NCBI GenBank assembly: GCA_963798845.1
Contig: CAWCUS010000001.1
Coordinates: forward strand, 480,001 to 544,000
DNA: 64,000 nt
Direction: 5' to 3'
Source: an uncultured Gemmatimonadales bacterium
Lineage (GTDB): Bacteria > Gemmatimonadota > Gemmatimonadetes > Longimicrobiales > RSA9
The notes below the pieces were generated by a model. It was given only the letters and a program-made list of their open reading frames with translations, was not told where the DNA came from and made no database searches. A program made the position numbers and the translations under genes. This document shows positions 27,144-36,005 of the stretch, piece after piece (the stretch's first letter is position 1; every line of letters begins with the position of its first letter).

Positions 27144-27229
27144 CCCGGTCGGGTCGCGCATCTGGAACCGGTTTTGACCCGCTTGTCAAGCGGTTGATAG
27201 GTGCCGCGCGAGCGTTTACCGTTCAGGCC

Positions 27230-27529
27230 ATGATCTATCCCAGGCGACAGACGCTTCTCCGGCACCGGATCCCAATGGTCCGCGTCCGTCTCGCCACCGA
27301 CGACGGCGAGACGACGCTGCGGGTGCGCTGGCGCGACCGCCCCATCGATCTCCAGCGCCGGATCCTGTACCTGTTGCGGGAGGGAAAGCCGATCTGGCTC
27401 GAGGACGAGTGGGGTCACGGCGTCTGCTTCAAGCCCGAGTGCGTGTGGGGAGCGGCCGTGGACGGCCGTCCCGAGACACCGGTGGACCTCAGCCGCCGGG
27501 TGCCTCCGGCGCGCGCTCGGGCACGCTGA
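27230..27529 (+). CDS. Small hypothetical protein
   Basis: MIYPRRQTLLRHRIPMVRVRL...; coding-like codon usage and fills the gap between genes. Confidence 0.55.
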   Translation: MIYPRRQTLLRHRIPMVRVRLATDDGETTLRVRWRDRPIDLQRRILYLLREGKPIWLEDEWGHGVCFKPECVWGAAVDGRPETPVDLSRRVPPARARAR

Positions 27530-28172
27530 AGACCACCGGGATCCGAACGATCACACGCACCGCCTGATCGCGGTTCCGGGCCGGCCGGAAGCGCATGTGC
27601 TCGGCGACCTGGAGCGCCAGCGAATCGAGAGCCGGGTGTCCGCAGGAAGACGACAGGACCCCGCGCACCACCCTCCCCTGCTCGTCCAGCCACAGCCGCA
27701 GCACCGACTCGCCCGCAACGCCCCGCGCCGCCAGTCCGGGCGGATAGCGCGACTTGATCAGCGCCTTGACCTCGGCCGTGTTCATCAGCGCGGGGAGCGT
27801 GTACTCCACCTGGAACGGCTGGAAGTCCGCCAATGGAGCCGGCGCGGGTCCGGGTACGGCATCCAGGGTGATGTCGAGCCGAAGCACCCGCCCACCCGGA
27901 ACGATCACGTCCACGTCCACCGAGTCGTGCCCCGGGTGGGCCACGCGCAGCCGCCAGCGCCCTGGCTCCAGCCCGTCGAGCCGGTAGCTGCCGTCGGCGT
28001 CCGTCCAGTCGGACACCGAATCGTCCAGCACGCGGACGTGCGCGTACGCGATCGGGCGGCCGTCATCCGAGCTCCGTACCACTCCCGTCACCGCAGCCAC
28101 GGTGCCCTGCCCGGCCGCGGGCGTCGCCCACGCCACCGAGAGGAGCGCCGCGAGCAGGGGGATCACGGCCAC
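27489..28172 (-). CDS. TonB family protein with N-terminal carboxypeptidase-regulatory-like domain
   Basis: Signal peptide; VTGVVRS.DDGRPIAYA.V...TDADGSYRL; C-terminal YP...LDEQGRV...HPALD...MRFRPA. Confidence 0.82.
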   Translation of the reverse strand: MAVIPLLAALLSVAWATPAAGQGTVAAVTGVVRSSDDGRPIAYAHVRVLDDSVSDWTDADGSYRLDGLEPGRWRLRVAHPGHDSVDVDVIVPGGRVLRLDITLDAVPGPAPAPLADFQPFQVEYTLPALMNTAEVKALIKSRYPPGLAARGVAGESVLRLWLDEQGRVVRGVLSSSCGHPALDSLALQVAEHMRFRPARNRDQAVRVIVRIPVVFSVPERAPEAPGG

Positions 28173-28912
28173 ACGAGGTCTCCGCCGCGCTCCTGCGCCG
28201 GGACCCTCGCCTCCATCCGCCCGTGCACCACGTCCGCGTACAGCCGGCCGTTCACCAGGAGACGGGCCGTGGTCAGTGTTTCCGGAAGCTCGACGATCAG
28301 CTCGCCACCGGATGCGCCTCTGAGCGCAATGCGGCCCCGGCCGCTCTCGAACGCGGGATCCACCGCCGAGCCCGCGGCCGAAACCGTCGCCTGCTCCGCC
28401 CCCGACCGGCGCAGCCGGATTGTGACGTCGCTCACGTCCTCGAGCACGATGTCGAGCGTGTCGCCGGAGGGCACCACGGCGAGCCCCACCGGCATGGCCA
28501 CCGGCGGCGCGGGCTCCTCGTCCGGCGCGTCCACCGGGGCGGCCGCGGGCTCCGGATCATCGCGCGCCACGATCCGCTCCACCCAGACCCGCACGGGCGA
28601 CCCCGGCACTCCTGCGGAGGCCGCGGCGGCCACCACCAGGATCAGCCCCGCGGCCTTCACCAGTGACCCAATGCCGCCTCGGCGGGCGCGACCCTCTCCC
28701 CGGCCGACCGCCGTTGCGGCCGCAGGCGCCGCCTCCCCGTCGAGCAGCGATACCGCGTACGAGAACAGAGCGCCGGCGCGCCGCAGGTCGTCGTGGGCGC
28801 CGCGGCACTGCTCGCACACCAGCATGTGCTCCGCCGCGCTCGCCCGCTCGCCCGCGGGCAGCTCCTCGTCCAGGAACGCCTGGAGCGTCCCCTCATCAAG
28901 ATGTGTCGTCAT
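28163..28912 (-). CDS. Anti-sigma factor with zf-HC2 domain
   Basis: HLDEGTLQAFLDEEL...HMLVCEQC (HxxxCxxC) then a TM helix; coupled to the ECF sigma gene. Confidence 0.85.
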   Translation of the reverse strand: MTTHLDEGTLQAFLDEELPAGERASAAEHMLVCEQCRGAHDDLRRAGALFSYAVSLLDGEAAPAAATAVGRGEGRARRGGIGSLVKAAGLILVVAAAASAGVPGSPVRVWVERIVARDDPEPAAAPVDAPDEEPAPPVAMPVGLAVVPSGDTLDIVLEDVSDVTIRLRRSGAEQATVSAAGSAVDPAFESGRGRIALRGASGGELIVELPETLTTARLLVNGRLYADVVHGRMEARVPAQERGGDLVWP

Positions 28913-29403
28913 GTACCGCTCACTTGCGCGCGCGTGCCGCCGAACACCTGCTCGAACCGCTTCGCGGCCCTCGCCAGCAGCGTCCCCACCGAGCCCGGCG
29001 CCACGCCGACAGCCCGCGCGATCTCGTCGTATTTGAATCCTTCTTCCCGCATCAGCAGCATGGTCCGGTCCCGCTCCGGCAGTCGCTCGAGGGCCGCCCG
29101 CACCGCCGCGACCCGCTCCCGCCGCTCCACCGCTTCCTCCGGCCCCGGCAGCCGCCCGGGGCGCGGGACGTGGATCTCCAGGCGACGATGGCGCTGCGCC
29201 TTCCTCGCCCGGTCACGCACGAGGTTCGTGGCCACCGTGAACAGCCACGGCCTCACCTCGTCCGTCGGCAGCGACTGATCCGTCAAACGCACGAACGCCT
29301 CCTGTGCCGCATCCTCCGCCGCGTCCGGATCGCCGGTAAGTCGGTTGAGATACCGGATCAGCGACGGATAGAGGTCACGGAAGAGCGCATCAAAGTCCGT
29401 CAT
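28909..29403 (-). CDS. ECF sigma-70 factor
   Basis: AEDAAQEAF, WLFTVATNLVRD, LERLPERDR and EGFKYDEIA...GSVGTLLARA. Confidence 0.93.
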   Translation of the reverse strand: MTDFDALFRDLYPSLIRYLNRLTGDPDAAEDAAQEAFVRLTDQSLPTDEVRPWLFTVATNLVRDRARKAQRHRRLEIHVPRPGRLPGPEEAVERRERVAAVRAALERLPERDRTMLLMREEGFKYDEIARAVGVAPGSVGTLLARAAKRFEQVFGGTRAQVSGT

Positions 29404-29432
29404 CCGCGCCTCCTCCGGCTCTCCGGCAACAG

Positions 29433-29459
29433 AACGCGTGGACCCCGGGGTGTGTGACA
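29433..29459 (-). promoter_or_regulatory. Putative ECF autoregulatory promoter TGTCACA-N16-CGTT
   Basis: Minus strand TGTCACA-CACCCCGGGGTCCACG-CGTT, about 30 bp upstream of the ECF start. Confidence 0.55.
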
Positions 29460-29461
29460 CA

Positions 29462-31000
29462 TCAGCGGCCGCCGCGCAGCACACCCCAGAGTCCCCGGAC
29501 GCGCGCGGCGGGCCCGGAGCCGTGGAGAAGGCCGACGAGGGCGACGGCGCGGCGGACCCCGAAGCGGCGGAACGGGAACCCGCCCACGGGCTCGCGGGCG
29601 ACGCCTGCCCGGTCGACGAGGACGGAGCGGGTCTGCGTCATCTCGCGCAGCCCCTCCTCACCGTGGACGCGACCGTAGCCGCTGTCACCCATGCCGCCGA
29701 AGGGAAGTCCGGCTACGGCGCCGTGGTAGAGGACGTCGTTGACGGAGACCATGCCGGCGCGGAGCCGACGGACCATCTTCTCGCCGCGTCGGCGGGTGGT
29801 CCACAGGCTGGCCGCGAGCGCGTAGACGGAGTCGTTGGCAAGGCGGATGGCCTCGTCGGCGTCGGCGACCTTCATGATCGGCATGACCGGGCCGAAGCTC
29901 TCCTCGCGCATGATGGCCATGGAATGGTCCGCGTCGGCCACGACCGTGGGAGCGAAATGGCGGCCTGGCCCCGGGAGCCGGTGGCCGCCGGCGAGGATCC
30001 GGGCTCCCCGCTCGCGCGCGTCGTCGAGCTGGCGCTCGATCCGGGTGATCTGCGCCTCGGTTGTGACAGCGCCGATGTCGGCGTCCGGGTCGGAGTGGTT
30101 TGCCACGGTCAATGACCGGGTCTCGGTCACCACGCGCTCGACGAAGCGATCGTAGATCGGAGCCTCGGCGTAGACGCGCTCAATGGCGATGCAGATCTGG
30201 CCGGCGTTCCAGAACGCCCCCTGCACGCCGAGGTTCACGGCGCGCTCCAGGTCGGCGTCGGCGAGCACGACCATGGCGTTCTTGCCACCGAGCTCGAGCA
30301 CGACGGGGATCAGTCGCGCGGCGGCGGCTTCCGCAACCCTCCTGCCCGTGGGGACGGAGCCGGTGAAGCTGATCTTGTCGACGTCGCCGTTGACCAGGGC
30401 GGCGCCGGTGGAGCCGTCGCCGGTGGCGATGAGGAAGACATCCTGCGGGAAGCCGGCCTCCAGGGCGATCTCGCGCATGAGCACGGCGGAGAGCGGAGAC
30501 ATCTCCGACGGCTTGAGCACCACGGTGTTGCCGGTGACGAGTGCGGCCATCACGGCGCGCATCGGGTTCACCACGGGGAAGTTCCAGGGGGAGATGATGC
30601 CGATCACGCCGAACGGCTCCCGCTCGACCAGCCCCTTCTTGGTCACGATCCAGGAGCGGACACGCTCGGGACTCATGACGTTCTTCACGCGCCTGGCATA
30701 GAAGCGGGCCAGGTCGAGGGTCGGGAGGACGTCCCCTACCAGCCCCTCGTACACCATCTTGCCGGACTCGCGGCTGCTGAGTGCGGCCGCCTCCTGGGCC
30801 CGGTCCGCCAGCTTGCGGCGGAAGCGGTCGAGCAGATCGGCCCTGACGGCCGGCCCACGGGCGGCCCATGCCGGCTGGGCACGGCGGGCGCGGGCGAGCA
30901 GATCGCGAACGGCGGCTTCGTCGAGGTTCGGGACACGCCCGATGACCTCACCATCGGCAGGGGCGATGACCTCGATCTCCGACGCCCGCCCGGTCGTCAT
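29462..31000 (-). CDS. Aldehyde dehydrogenase family protein
   Basis: ISPWNFP, LKPSE, FTGS, LELGGK, NAGQIC and EESFGP. Confidence 0.93.
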   Translation of the reverse strand: MTTGRASEIEVIAPADGEVIGRVPNLDEAAVRDLLARARRAQPAWAARGPAVRADLLDRFRRKLADRAQEAAALSSRESGKMVYEGLVGDVLPTLDLARFYARRVKNVMSPERVRSWIVTKKGLVEREPFGVIGIISPWNFPVVNPMRAVMAALVTGNTVVLKPSEMSPLSAVLMREIALEAGFPQDVFLIATGDGSTGAALVNGDVDKISFTGSVPTGRRVAEAAAARLIPVVLELGGKNAMVVLADADLERAVNLGVQGAFWNAGQICIAIERVYAEAPIYDRFVERVVTETRSLTVANHSDPDADIGAVTTEAQITRIERQLDDARERGARILAGGHRLPGPGRHFAPTVVADADHSMAIMREESFGPVMPIMKVADADEAIRLANDSVYALAASLWTTRRRGEKMVRRLRAGMVSVNDVLYHGAVAGLPFGGMGDSGYGRVHGEEGLREMTQTRSVLVDRAGVAREPVGGFPFRRFGVRRAVALVGLLHGSGPAARVRGLWGVLRGGR

Positions 31001-31599
31001 GGGACGGGCTCGATGGGGATGAGGACCCGGCTGTTCTGCCATTCGAGGACCACGCCGGGCGGCGCGGCCCGGAGCGTCAGCTGCTCGACGGCCGGCTCGA
31101 TGCGGCCGGCCTGTACGTCGGCCCGGCCCACTTCCTGTGCGCGGACCTCCGGCGTGTAGTTGGACTCGTGCCCCCACTGCGACGTGGAGCGGTTGACGAT
31201 CAGCGTCCAGTGGTCGCCCTGATGGGGCACGGTGTAGATCGAGTAGGCGCCCGGCTCGATCTCCATCCCGGCGATGCGGACCGGGACGGTCACGTGCAGC
31301 GTGGTGGGCTCGTTGGCGCCGGTGCGCCAGAGCGTGTCATAGGGCACGGACTGGCCACCGATCATCAGTCGCCCGCGGAGCGAGGGGCGGCCGTAGCAGA
31401 TCTTGGCCTTGCCGTCGCCCACGTCGAAGGTGATCGAGTCGAACGGGCTGGGTCGCCCCTCCAGCGGCATGCGGTCCGAGGGCTCACAGGCGGGCAGGAG
31501 GCCGACCTGCTGCGACGTGTCGTTGGAATTCTCTCCGCCGGCGTTCCCGCACGCCACGGAGGACAGGGTGATCAGCACGGCCCACATGCTCTTCGACAT
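30997..31599 (-). CDS. DUF2911 domain lipoprotein
   Basis: Lipobox SVAC; YGRPSLRGR...VPYDTLWRTGANEPT...GAYSIYTVP...QWG. Confidence 0.85.
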   Translation of the reverse strand: MSKSMWAVLITLSSVACGNAGGENSNDTSQQVGLLPACEPSDRMPLEGRPSPFDSITFDVGDGKAKICYGRPSLRGRLMIGGQSVPYDTLWRTGANEPTTLHVTVPVRIAGMEIEPGAYSIYTVPHQGDHWTLIVNRSTSQWGHESNYTPEVRAQEVGRADVQAGRIEPAVEQLTLRAAPPGVVLEWQNSRVLIPIEPVP

Positions 31600-31612
31600 C
31601 GGCCCTCCTCCA

Positions 31613-32626
31613 TCATCCACGGTAGTACGTCAGACCCATGGCGCCCCGCACCGTGGCCATGGTGTCACTCGCGACCGCGCGCATCCGCGCGTTGCCGGCG
31701 TGCAGGATGTCCTCGACCATCCCCTCCCGCGCTGCAAGCTCTCGTCGCCGCTCGCGGATCGGGTCGAGGAAGGCATTCAGTGCGCGAGCCAGCTTCCGCT
31801 TCACTTCCACGTCCCCCACCCTGCCCTCGCGGTAGCGGGCCTTGAGGTCGTCCACCTCCGCCACGTCCGGGTTGAAGAGGTCATGGTAGATGAACACCGG
31901 GTTGCCCTCCACCGTGCCCGGGATGTCCGCGCGCACCCGCTTCGGGTCCGTGAACATCTTCATCACCTGCGCGTTCACGGTCTGCTCGTCATCCGAGAGC
32001 AGGATGGCATTGCCGAGCGACTTCGACATCTTGCTCTGCCCGTCGATCCCCGGCAGCACGGCATCGCTGCTCAGGAGCGGCTCCGGCTCGGGGAAGACAT
32101 CACCATAAAGATAGTTGAAACGGCGCGCGATCTCGCGAGTGACCTCGACGTGGGAGAGGTTGTCGCGGCCGACCGGGACCAGGTGGGCCCGGGGCAGCAG
32201 GATGTCGGCGGCCTGGAGGACGGGATAGCCGACCAGGCCGAAGGGGAGGACCTCCAGCCCCGCCGCCTGGGCCATGTCCTTGATGGTGGGCAGCCGCTCC
32301 AGCCGGGGGAGCGTGACCAGCATCTCGAGCACCAGGTTGAGCTCAGCCGTCTCGGGCACCGCCGACTGCACGAAGATCGTGCTCACCTCCGGATCGATCC
32401 CGAGCGCGAGGTAGTCCAGCACCATCTCCCGGATGTTGCCGGGCACCTGCGCCAGGTGCTCCTTCTCCGGCTTCGTGGTGAGCGTGTGCAGGTCGGCGAT
32501 GATGAAGAAGCACTCCATCTCGCGCTGGAGACGCACCCGGTTCTGTATGCTCCCCACCCAGTGCCCCAGATGCAACCGCCCCGTGGGCCGATCCCCCGTC
32601 AGAACCCGCTTCCTGTCCTCCGCCAT
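31613..32626 (-). CDS. trpS: Tryptophan--tRNA ligase
   Basis: TGDRPTGRLHLGH, YPVLQAADI and KMSKS. Confidence 0.96.
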   Translation of the reverse strand: MAEDRKRVLTGDRPTGRLHLGHWVGSIQNRVRLQREMECFFIIADLHTLTTKPEKEHLAQVPGNIREMVLDYLALGIDPEVSTIFVQSAVPETAELNLVLEMLVTLPRLERLPTIKDMAQAAGLEVLPFGLVGYPVLQAADILLPRAHLVPVGRDNLSHVEVTREIARRFNYLYGDVFPEPEPLLSSDAVLPGIDGQSKMSKSLGNAILLSDDEQTVNAQVMKMFTDPKRVRADIPGTVEGNPVFIYHDLFNPDVAEVDDLKARYREGRVGDVEVKRKLARALNAFLDPIRERRRELAAREGMVEDILHAGNARMRAVASDTMATVRGAMGLTYYRG

Positions 32627-32720
32627 GCTTCGCCTGCCTCCGCTTCGTCACACTCGCCCGCCCCCGCGTGCGCGGGGGAATGAACCTTGCCCTCCTCCTC
32701 TCGGAAGGAGGCACTCCGAC

Positions 32721-33035
32721 ATGGCCGAATACGAACCCGTCCTGAAGACCCCGGAGCTGGGTCCCGGCGAGAGCCGGGCCGTGGAAGTGCACGGGCACCC
32801 GATCCTGCTCCTGAACGTGGGTCAGACCTATTATGCCGTGGACGCCCTCTGCCCCCAGAGCGGCGCCGCCCTCGAGCTCAAGACGCGCGACCGCCTGGCC
32901 TGCCCCGACGACGACGCCGAGTACGACCTGGCCACCGGAGAGCGGGTCGACGCGGAGGGCCGGCCGCTCCAGCGGTACCGGATCCGCGTGGAGGGGAACG
33001 CCGTGCAGGTCGGCCCCCCCATCGGCGACCGCTAG
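32721..33035 (+). CDS. Rieske-ferredoxin-like protein with both His ligands replaced
   Basis: Rieske-like pattern YAVDALCPQ...LACPDDDAEYDLATG; RBS AAGGAGG. Confidence 0.75.
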   Translation: MAEYEPVLKTPELGPGESRAVEVHGHPILLLNVGQTYYAVDALCPQSGAALELKTRDRLACPDDDAEYDLATGERVDAEGRPLQRYRIRVEGNAVQVGPPIGDR

Positions 33036-33385
33036 CGGTCCAGCTCGATCGGCGTCGCGCGCTCGAACAGCTCGCGCAGCTCCTCCGGCCTCATGTGCGG
33101 GAACCATCCGGCCGCGACCAGCGCCTCCCGCACCGGCCGCTCAGGGTCGGCCACCCTGAAGAAGTGGACCGCCACCAGCCGGGCGCGCCCCGCCCGCCCC
33201 GTGCCGTACGCTCCCGCACCCGCGCTGCGGGCCGTCCATTCCTCGCCGCCGTGCTCGAAAGACCGCTCCGGCCCATCCCACCGGGGCTCGCCCTCCGCAG
33301 CCGGCTCCTGCTCCGGATGCACGGTCTTCATCAGGTCGCGGACGGGGACGGGCCCTGTGGCGTCCTCGTGACCGTCGTCGCTCAT
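33032..33385 (-). CDS. Hypothetical protein
   Basis: ATG overlaps the stop of the PTPS gene; ends EELRELFERA. Confidence 0.65.
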   Translation of the reverse strand: MSDDGHEDATGPVPVRDLMKTVHPEQEPAAEGEPRWDGPERSFEHGGEEWTARSAGAGAYGTGRAGRARLVAVHFFRVADPERPVREALVAAGWFPHMRPEELRELFERATPIELDR

Positions 33386-33819
33386 GGCGGGCTCCCCGGT
33401 CCACCTCCGAAGTAGTCGACCCAGAGGGTCTCGTCCTCGCGGAGGCGCAGCCGGTGCAGCCGCGCCCCGGACGGAACCCGCTCCTCCAGGCGCGGCCATA
33501 TCCACTCCAGCAGGTTCTCCGTGGTGGGAACCCGCCCGCCGGGGCCGAACGCCTCGACGGCGTGGTTGAGGTGCTGGTGGTCGAGCCGCCGGACGACGGC
33601 GGCAAGCGCGTCATCCAGCGCGGTCAGGTCCACCGAGAACCCGGTGTCGCCGGCGATCTCCCCCGCGACCGTCACCTCCAGGACGTAATTGTGCCCGTGG
33701 CCGTGCGGGTTGGCGCAGAGCCCGAAGACGCGGCGATTCCGCTCCTCGGTCCACTCCTCGCGCCAGTAGCGGTGCGCGGCAGAAAATGCAGCACGACGGG
33801 TCAGATAGGCGACGCCCAT
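33382..33819 (-). CDS. 6-pyruvoyl-tetrahydropterin synthase / QueD family protein
   Basis: FSAAHRY, CANPHGHGHNYVLEV, LDHQHLN and TTENL. Confidence 0.9.
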   Translation of the reverse strand: MGVAYLTRRAAFSAAHRYWREEWTEERNRRVFGLCANPHGHGHNYVLEVTVAGEIAGDTGFSVDLTALDDALAAVVRRLDHQHLNHAVEAFGPGGRVPTTENLLEWIWPRLEERVPSGARLHRLRLREDETLWVDYFGGGPGSPP

Positions 33820-33885
33820 GGGAGGGAGAAGCTAGAGAACCGGGGCATGGGCGTCCAGTATGGATGGAACGCACGGACACCGCCC

Positions 33886-33900
33886 CGGCGCGGAACTTGC
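33886..33900 (+). promoter_or_regulatory. Possible sigma54 -24/-12 promoter
   Basis: CGGCGCGGAACTTGC fits GG-N10-GC with TTGC, about 75 bp upstream of the receiver gene. Confidence 0.4.
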
Positions 33901-33974
33901 CACCCCGGACATCCCAATCACACGGCACCGTCCGCCCCGGCGACGCGGCCGATCGAAGTTCCACACTGCATGAC

Positions 33975-34385
33975 ATGGCGCGGACCAGCGACGCCCGAGC
34001 CCTCCGAAACGACGACGCCACCATCCTGATCGCCGAGGATCACCCGGACAGCCGGGAGGCCCTCAGCGCGCTGCTGGAGGCGTTCGGATTCCACGTGCTC
34101 CCCGCCGTCGACGGTGAGGAGGCCGTGGCGCTCGCACGGAAGTGCCACCCCGACCTCATCCTCATGGACGTCATGATGCCGGGGTTGGACGGGATCGAGG
34201 CGACTCGCCGCCTGCGCGACTTTCCCGAGACCGCTCACATCCCCATCATCACCATCACCGCGATGGAGGGCATCCGGGACACCGCCATGGGAGCCGGGGC
34301 CGACGACTTCCTCGGCAAGCCCATCAACTCGGGCACGCTCCTGACCAAGGTGAGGAAGTGGCTCTCCAACGGAACGCATACCTGA
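33975..34385 (+). CDS. Single-domain response regulator (receiver)
   Basis: ILIAEDH, PDLILMDVMMPGLDG, ITA and FLGKP. Confidence 0.92.
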   Translation: MARTSDARALRNDDATILIAEDHPDSREALSALLEAFGFHVLPAVDGEEAVALARKCHPDLILMDVMMPGLDGIEATRRLRDFPETAHIPIITITAMEGIRDTAMGAGADDFLGKPINSGTLLTKVRKWLSNGTHT

Positions 34386-34426
34386 GCGCGTGAGGGCCCG
34401 GCTCCCTTCACCACCCGGAGTGAGCC

Positions 34427-35131
34427 ATGAACGATGAGCCGCGAGCCGGCGGGAGCGACCACGAGGCGATGCCGGGCGACACCGGCATCGCGGGTTCACC
34501 GGCCCGGCCCGGCTCGGACCACGACCACCCCGCCGCCGCGACGGGGTTCCCGTGGCCGCCGCCGCCTGACGGGCCCGTGGTCGCCCGCCTCCGTGAAACG
34601 TGGCGCGATGCCATGTTCGCGCCGACGCAGTTCTACCGGCGCCTCCCCCGCAGCGGCGGAACCGCGGCGGCGGTGACCTACTACCTCGTGGTGGGCGTCC
34701 TCGTAGCCGGCGTCAACCTGTTCTGGGCGACGCTCGCCATGAGCGCCGGCGGCGACGCCACCGCCCCGGCGACCGCGCGCGGCCTCCACCCGCTGACCCG
34801 CTTCCTGCTCTCGCCGCCCGCTCTCCTCCTCGCCCTCGGGCTCGCGGCGTCCGTCACTCACTTCCTGCTGCTCGTCCTCCAGGGCGCGCGCCACGGCTTC
34901 GGCACCACCGTACGGACCATGTGCTACGCCTACAGCCCCATGGGCTTGGCCGTCATCCCTTTCCTCGGACCGCTGGTCGGAGCGGCGTGGATGGTGGCCG
35001 TGTCCATCATCGGACTCCGGGAAGCCCACGATACCGCGACCTGGAAACCCGCCGTCGCGGTCCTCCTCCCCTGCGCACTCGGCCTCGTCATCGTCGCCAT
35101 GGTCTCCGCCGCCGCCAACATCCTGGGGTGA
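34427..35131 (+). CDS. YIP1 family membrane protein
   Basis: ETWRDAMFAPTQFY, TVRTMCYAYSP and IGLREAH...WKP; multiple TM segments. Confidence 0.75.
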   Translation: MNDEPRAGGSDHEAMPGDTGIAGSPARPGSDHDHPAAATGFPWPPPPDGPVVARLRETWRDAMFAPTQFYRRLPRSGGTAAAVTYYLVVGVLVAGVNLFWATLAMSAGGDATAPATARGLHPLTRFLLSPPALLLALGLAASVTHFLLLVLQGARHGFGTTVRTMCYAYSPMGLAVIPFLGPLVGAAWMVAVSIIGLREAHDTATWKPAVAVLLPCALGLVIVAMVSAAANILG

Positions 35132-35155
35132 GGGCGCCGGTCACAGGCGGGCGTT

Positions 35156-35241
35156 GGGGGTTGGGGGGCGGAGGGCGGAGGTCGGGGGTTGGGGTGCGGA
35201 GGGCGGAGGTCGGGGTTGGGGCCGGGCCGGCAGGTCGGGGG
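35156..35241 (+). repeat. G-run-rich 28-bp tandem repeat x~3 between convergent genes
   Basis: GGGGGTTGGGG(G/T)GCGGAGGGCGGAGGTC at 35156-35183 and 35184-35211, plus a degenerate third copy. Confidence 0.75.
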
Positions 35242-35252
35242 AATCCTGATCC

Positions 35253-35822
35253 CTAGCGCGATGCGCGCGCGAATCGCGGCTTGAGCGCTCGGAGCACGTC
35301 GTCGCCGTAGAACATGGAGATGTACTTCGCCTGGACGGCGGTGATGCGGCGCACCGCCCAGACCAGCTCGACGTGGTTCGGCTCGAGGGGAACCGTGAGC
35401 AGCTTCATGTGGGCCTCGTTCGGGAGCCGATTCCCCTTTCGGTTGTTGCAGGGGGAGCAGGCCGCCACGACGTTTCCCCAGTCGTTCGCGCCGCCGCGCG
35501 AGAGGGGGATCACGTGGTCGCGGGTCAGGAACTCGCGGCCCCGAAGCTGGGTGCGGTGACGCCCGCAGTACTGGCAGCTGTAGCCGTCCCTGGCGAACAG
35601 GAACGTGTTCGTGACCTGCCGCCGGAATTTCCGCGGCACCTGCACGTAGCGTACGAGCCGGATGACGACGGGACAGGGAAGCTCGGCCCGTTCGGACCGG
35701 AACACCCGTTGCTCGTCCACCTCGAGGATCTCGGCCTTGCGGTCGAGCACGAGCCGCAGCGCGCGCCGGACGGGAAGGAGCGTGAGAGGCTCGTAGGATG
35801 CGTTCAGCGCCAGACAGCCCAT
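35253..35822 (-). CDS. HNH endonuclease (McrA-like)
   Basis: LALNASYEPL, LFARDGYSCQYCG, TRDHVIPLSRGG and ACSPCNNRKG. Confidence 0.92.
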   Translation of the reverse strand: MGCLALNASYEPLTLLPVRRALRLVLDRKAEILEVDEQRVFRSERAELPCPVVIRLVRYVQVPRKFRRQVTNTFLFARDGYSCQYCGRHRTQLRGREFLTRDHVIPLSRGGANDWGNVVAACSPCNNRKGNRLPNEAHMKLLTVPLEPNHVELVWAVRRITAVQAKYISMFYGDDVLRALKPRFARASR

Positions 35823-36005
35823 GGTCGTCGTTCCGCCTCCTGCCGCGAAGAACCGAAGCACCTGGGCCGTCGAACCCGCGCCTCTGGCGGGAAGAGAGCG
35901 GCCGCAGATGACCGCTCCATAGTTTAGCGTTGAACCTCTCGCCGCGCCACGACGACGGTTCGCCGCGCGGTCCGTTGTGGCGGGCGGCTCGGAACTGCGG
36001 GAGGG

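Noticed and set aside
26112..27161. Apparent long N-terminal extension on the PLP enzyme
   Set aside because: Antisense shadow of the UDG-like gene; the family start is at 26111.
35253..35822. HNH nuclease as the mobiliser of the palindromic elements or as a defence system
   Set aside because: It is the widespread LNASYEPL-type stand-alone HNH family next to priA; no element arms, methylase or defence genes flank it.
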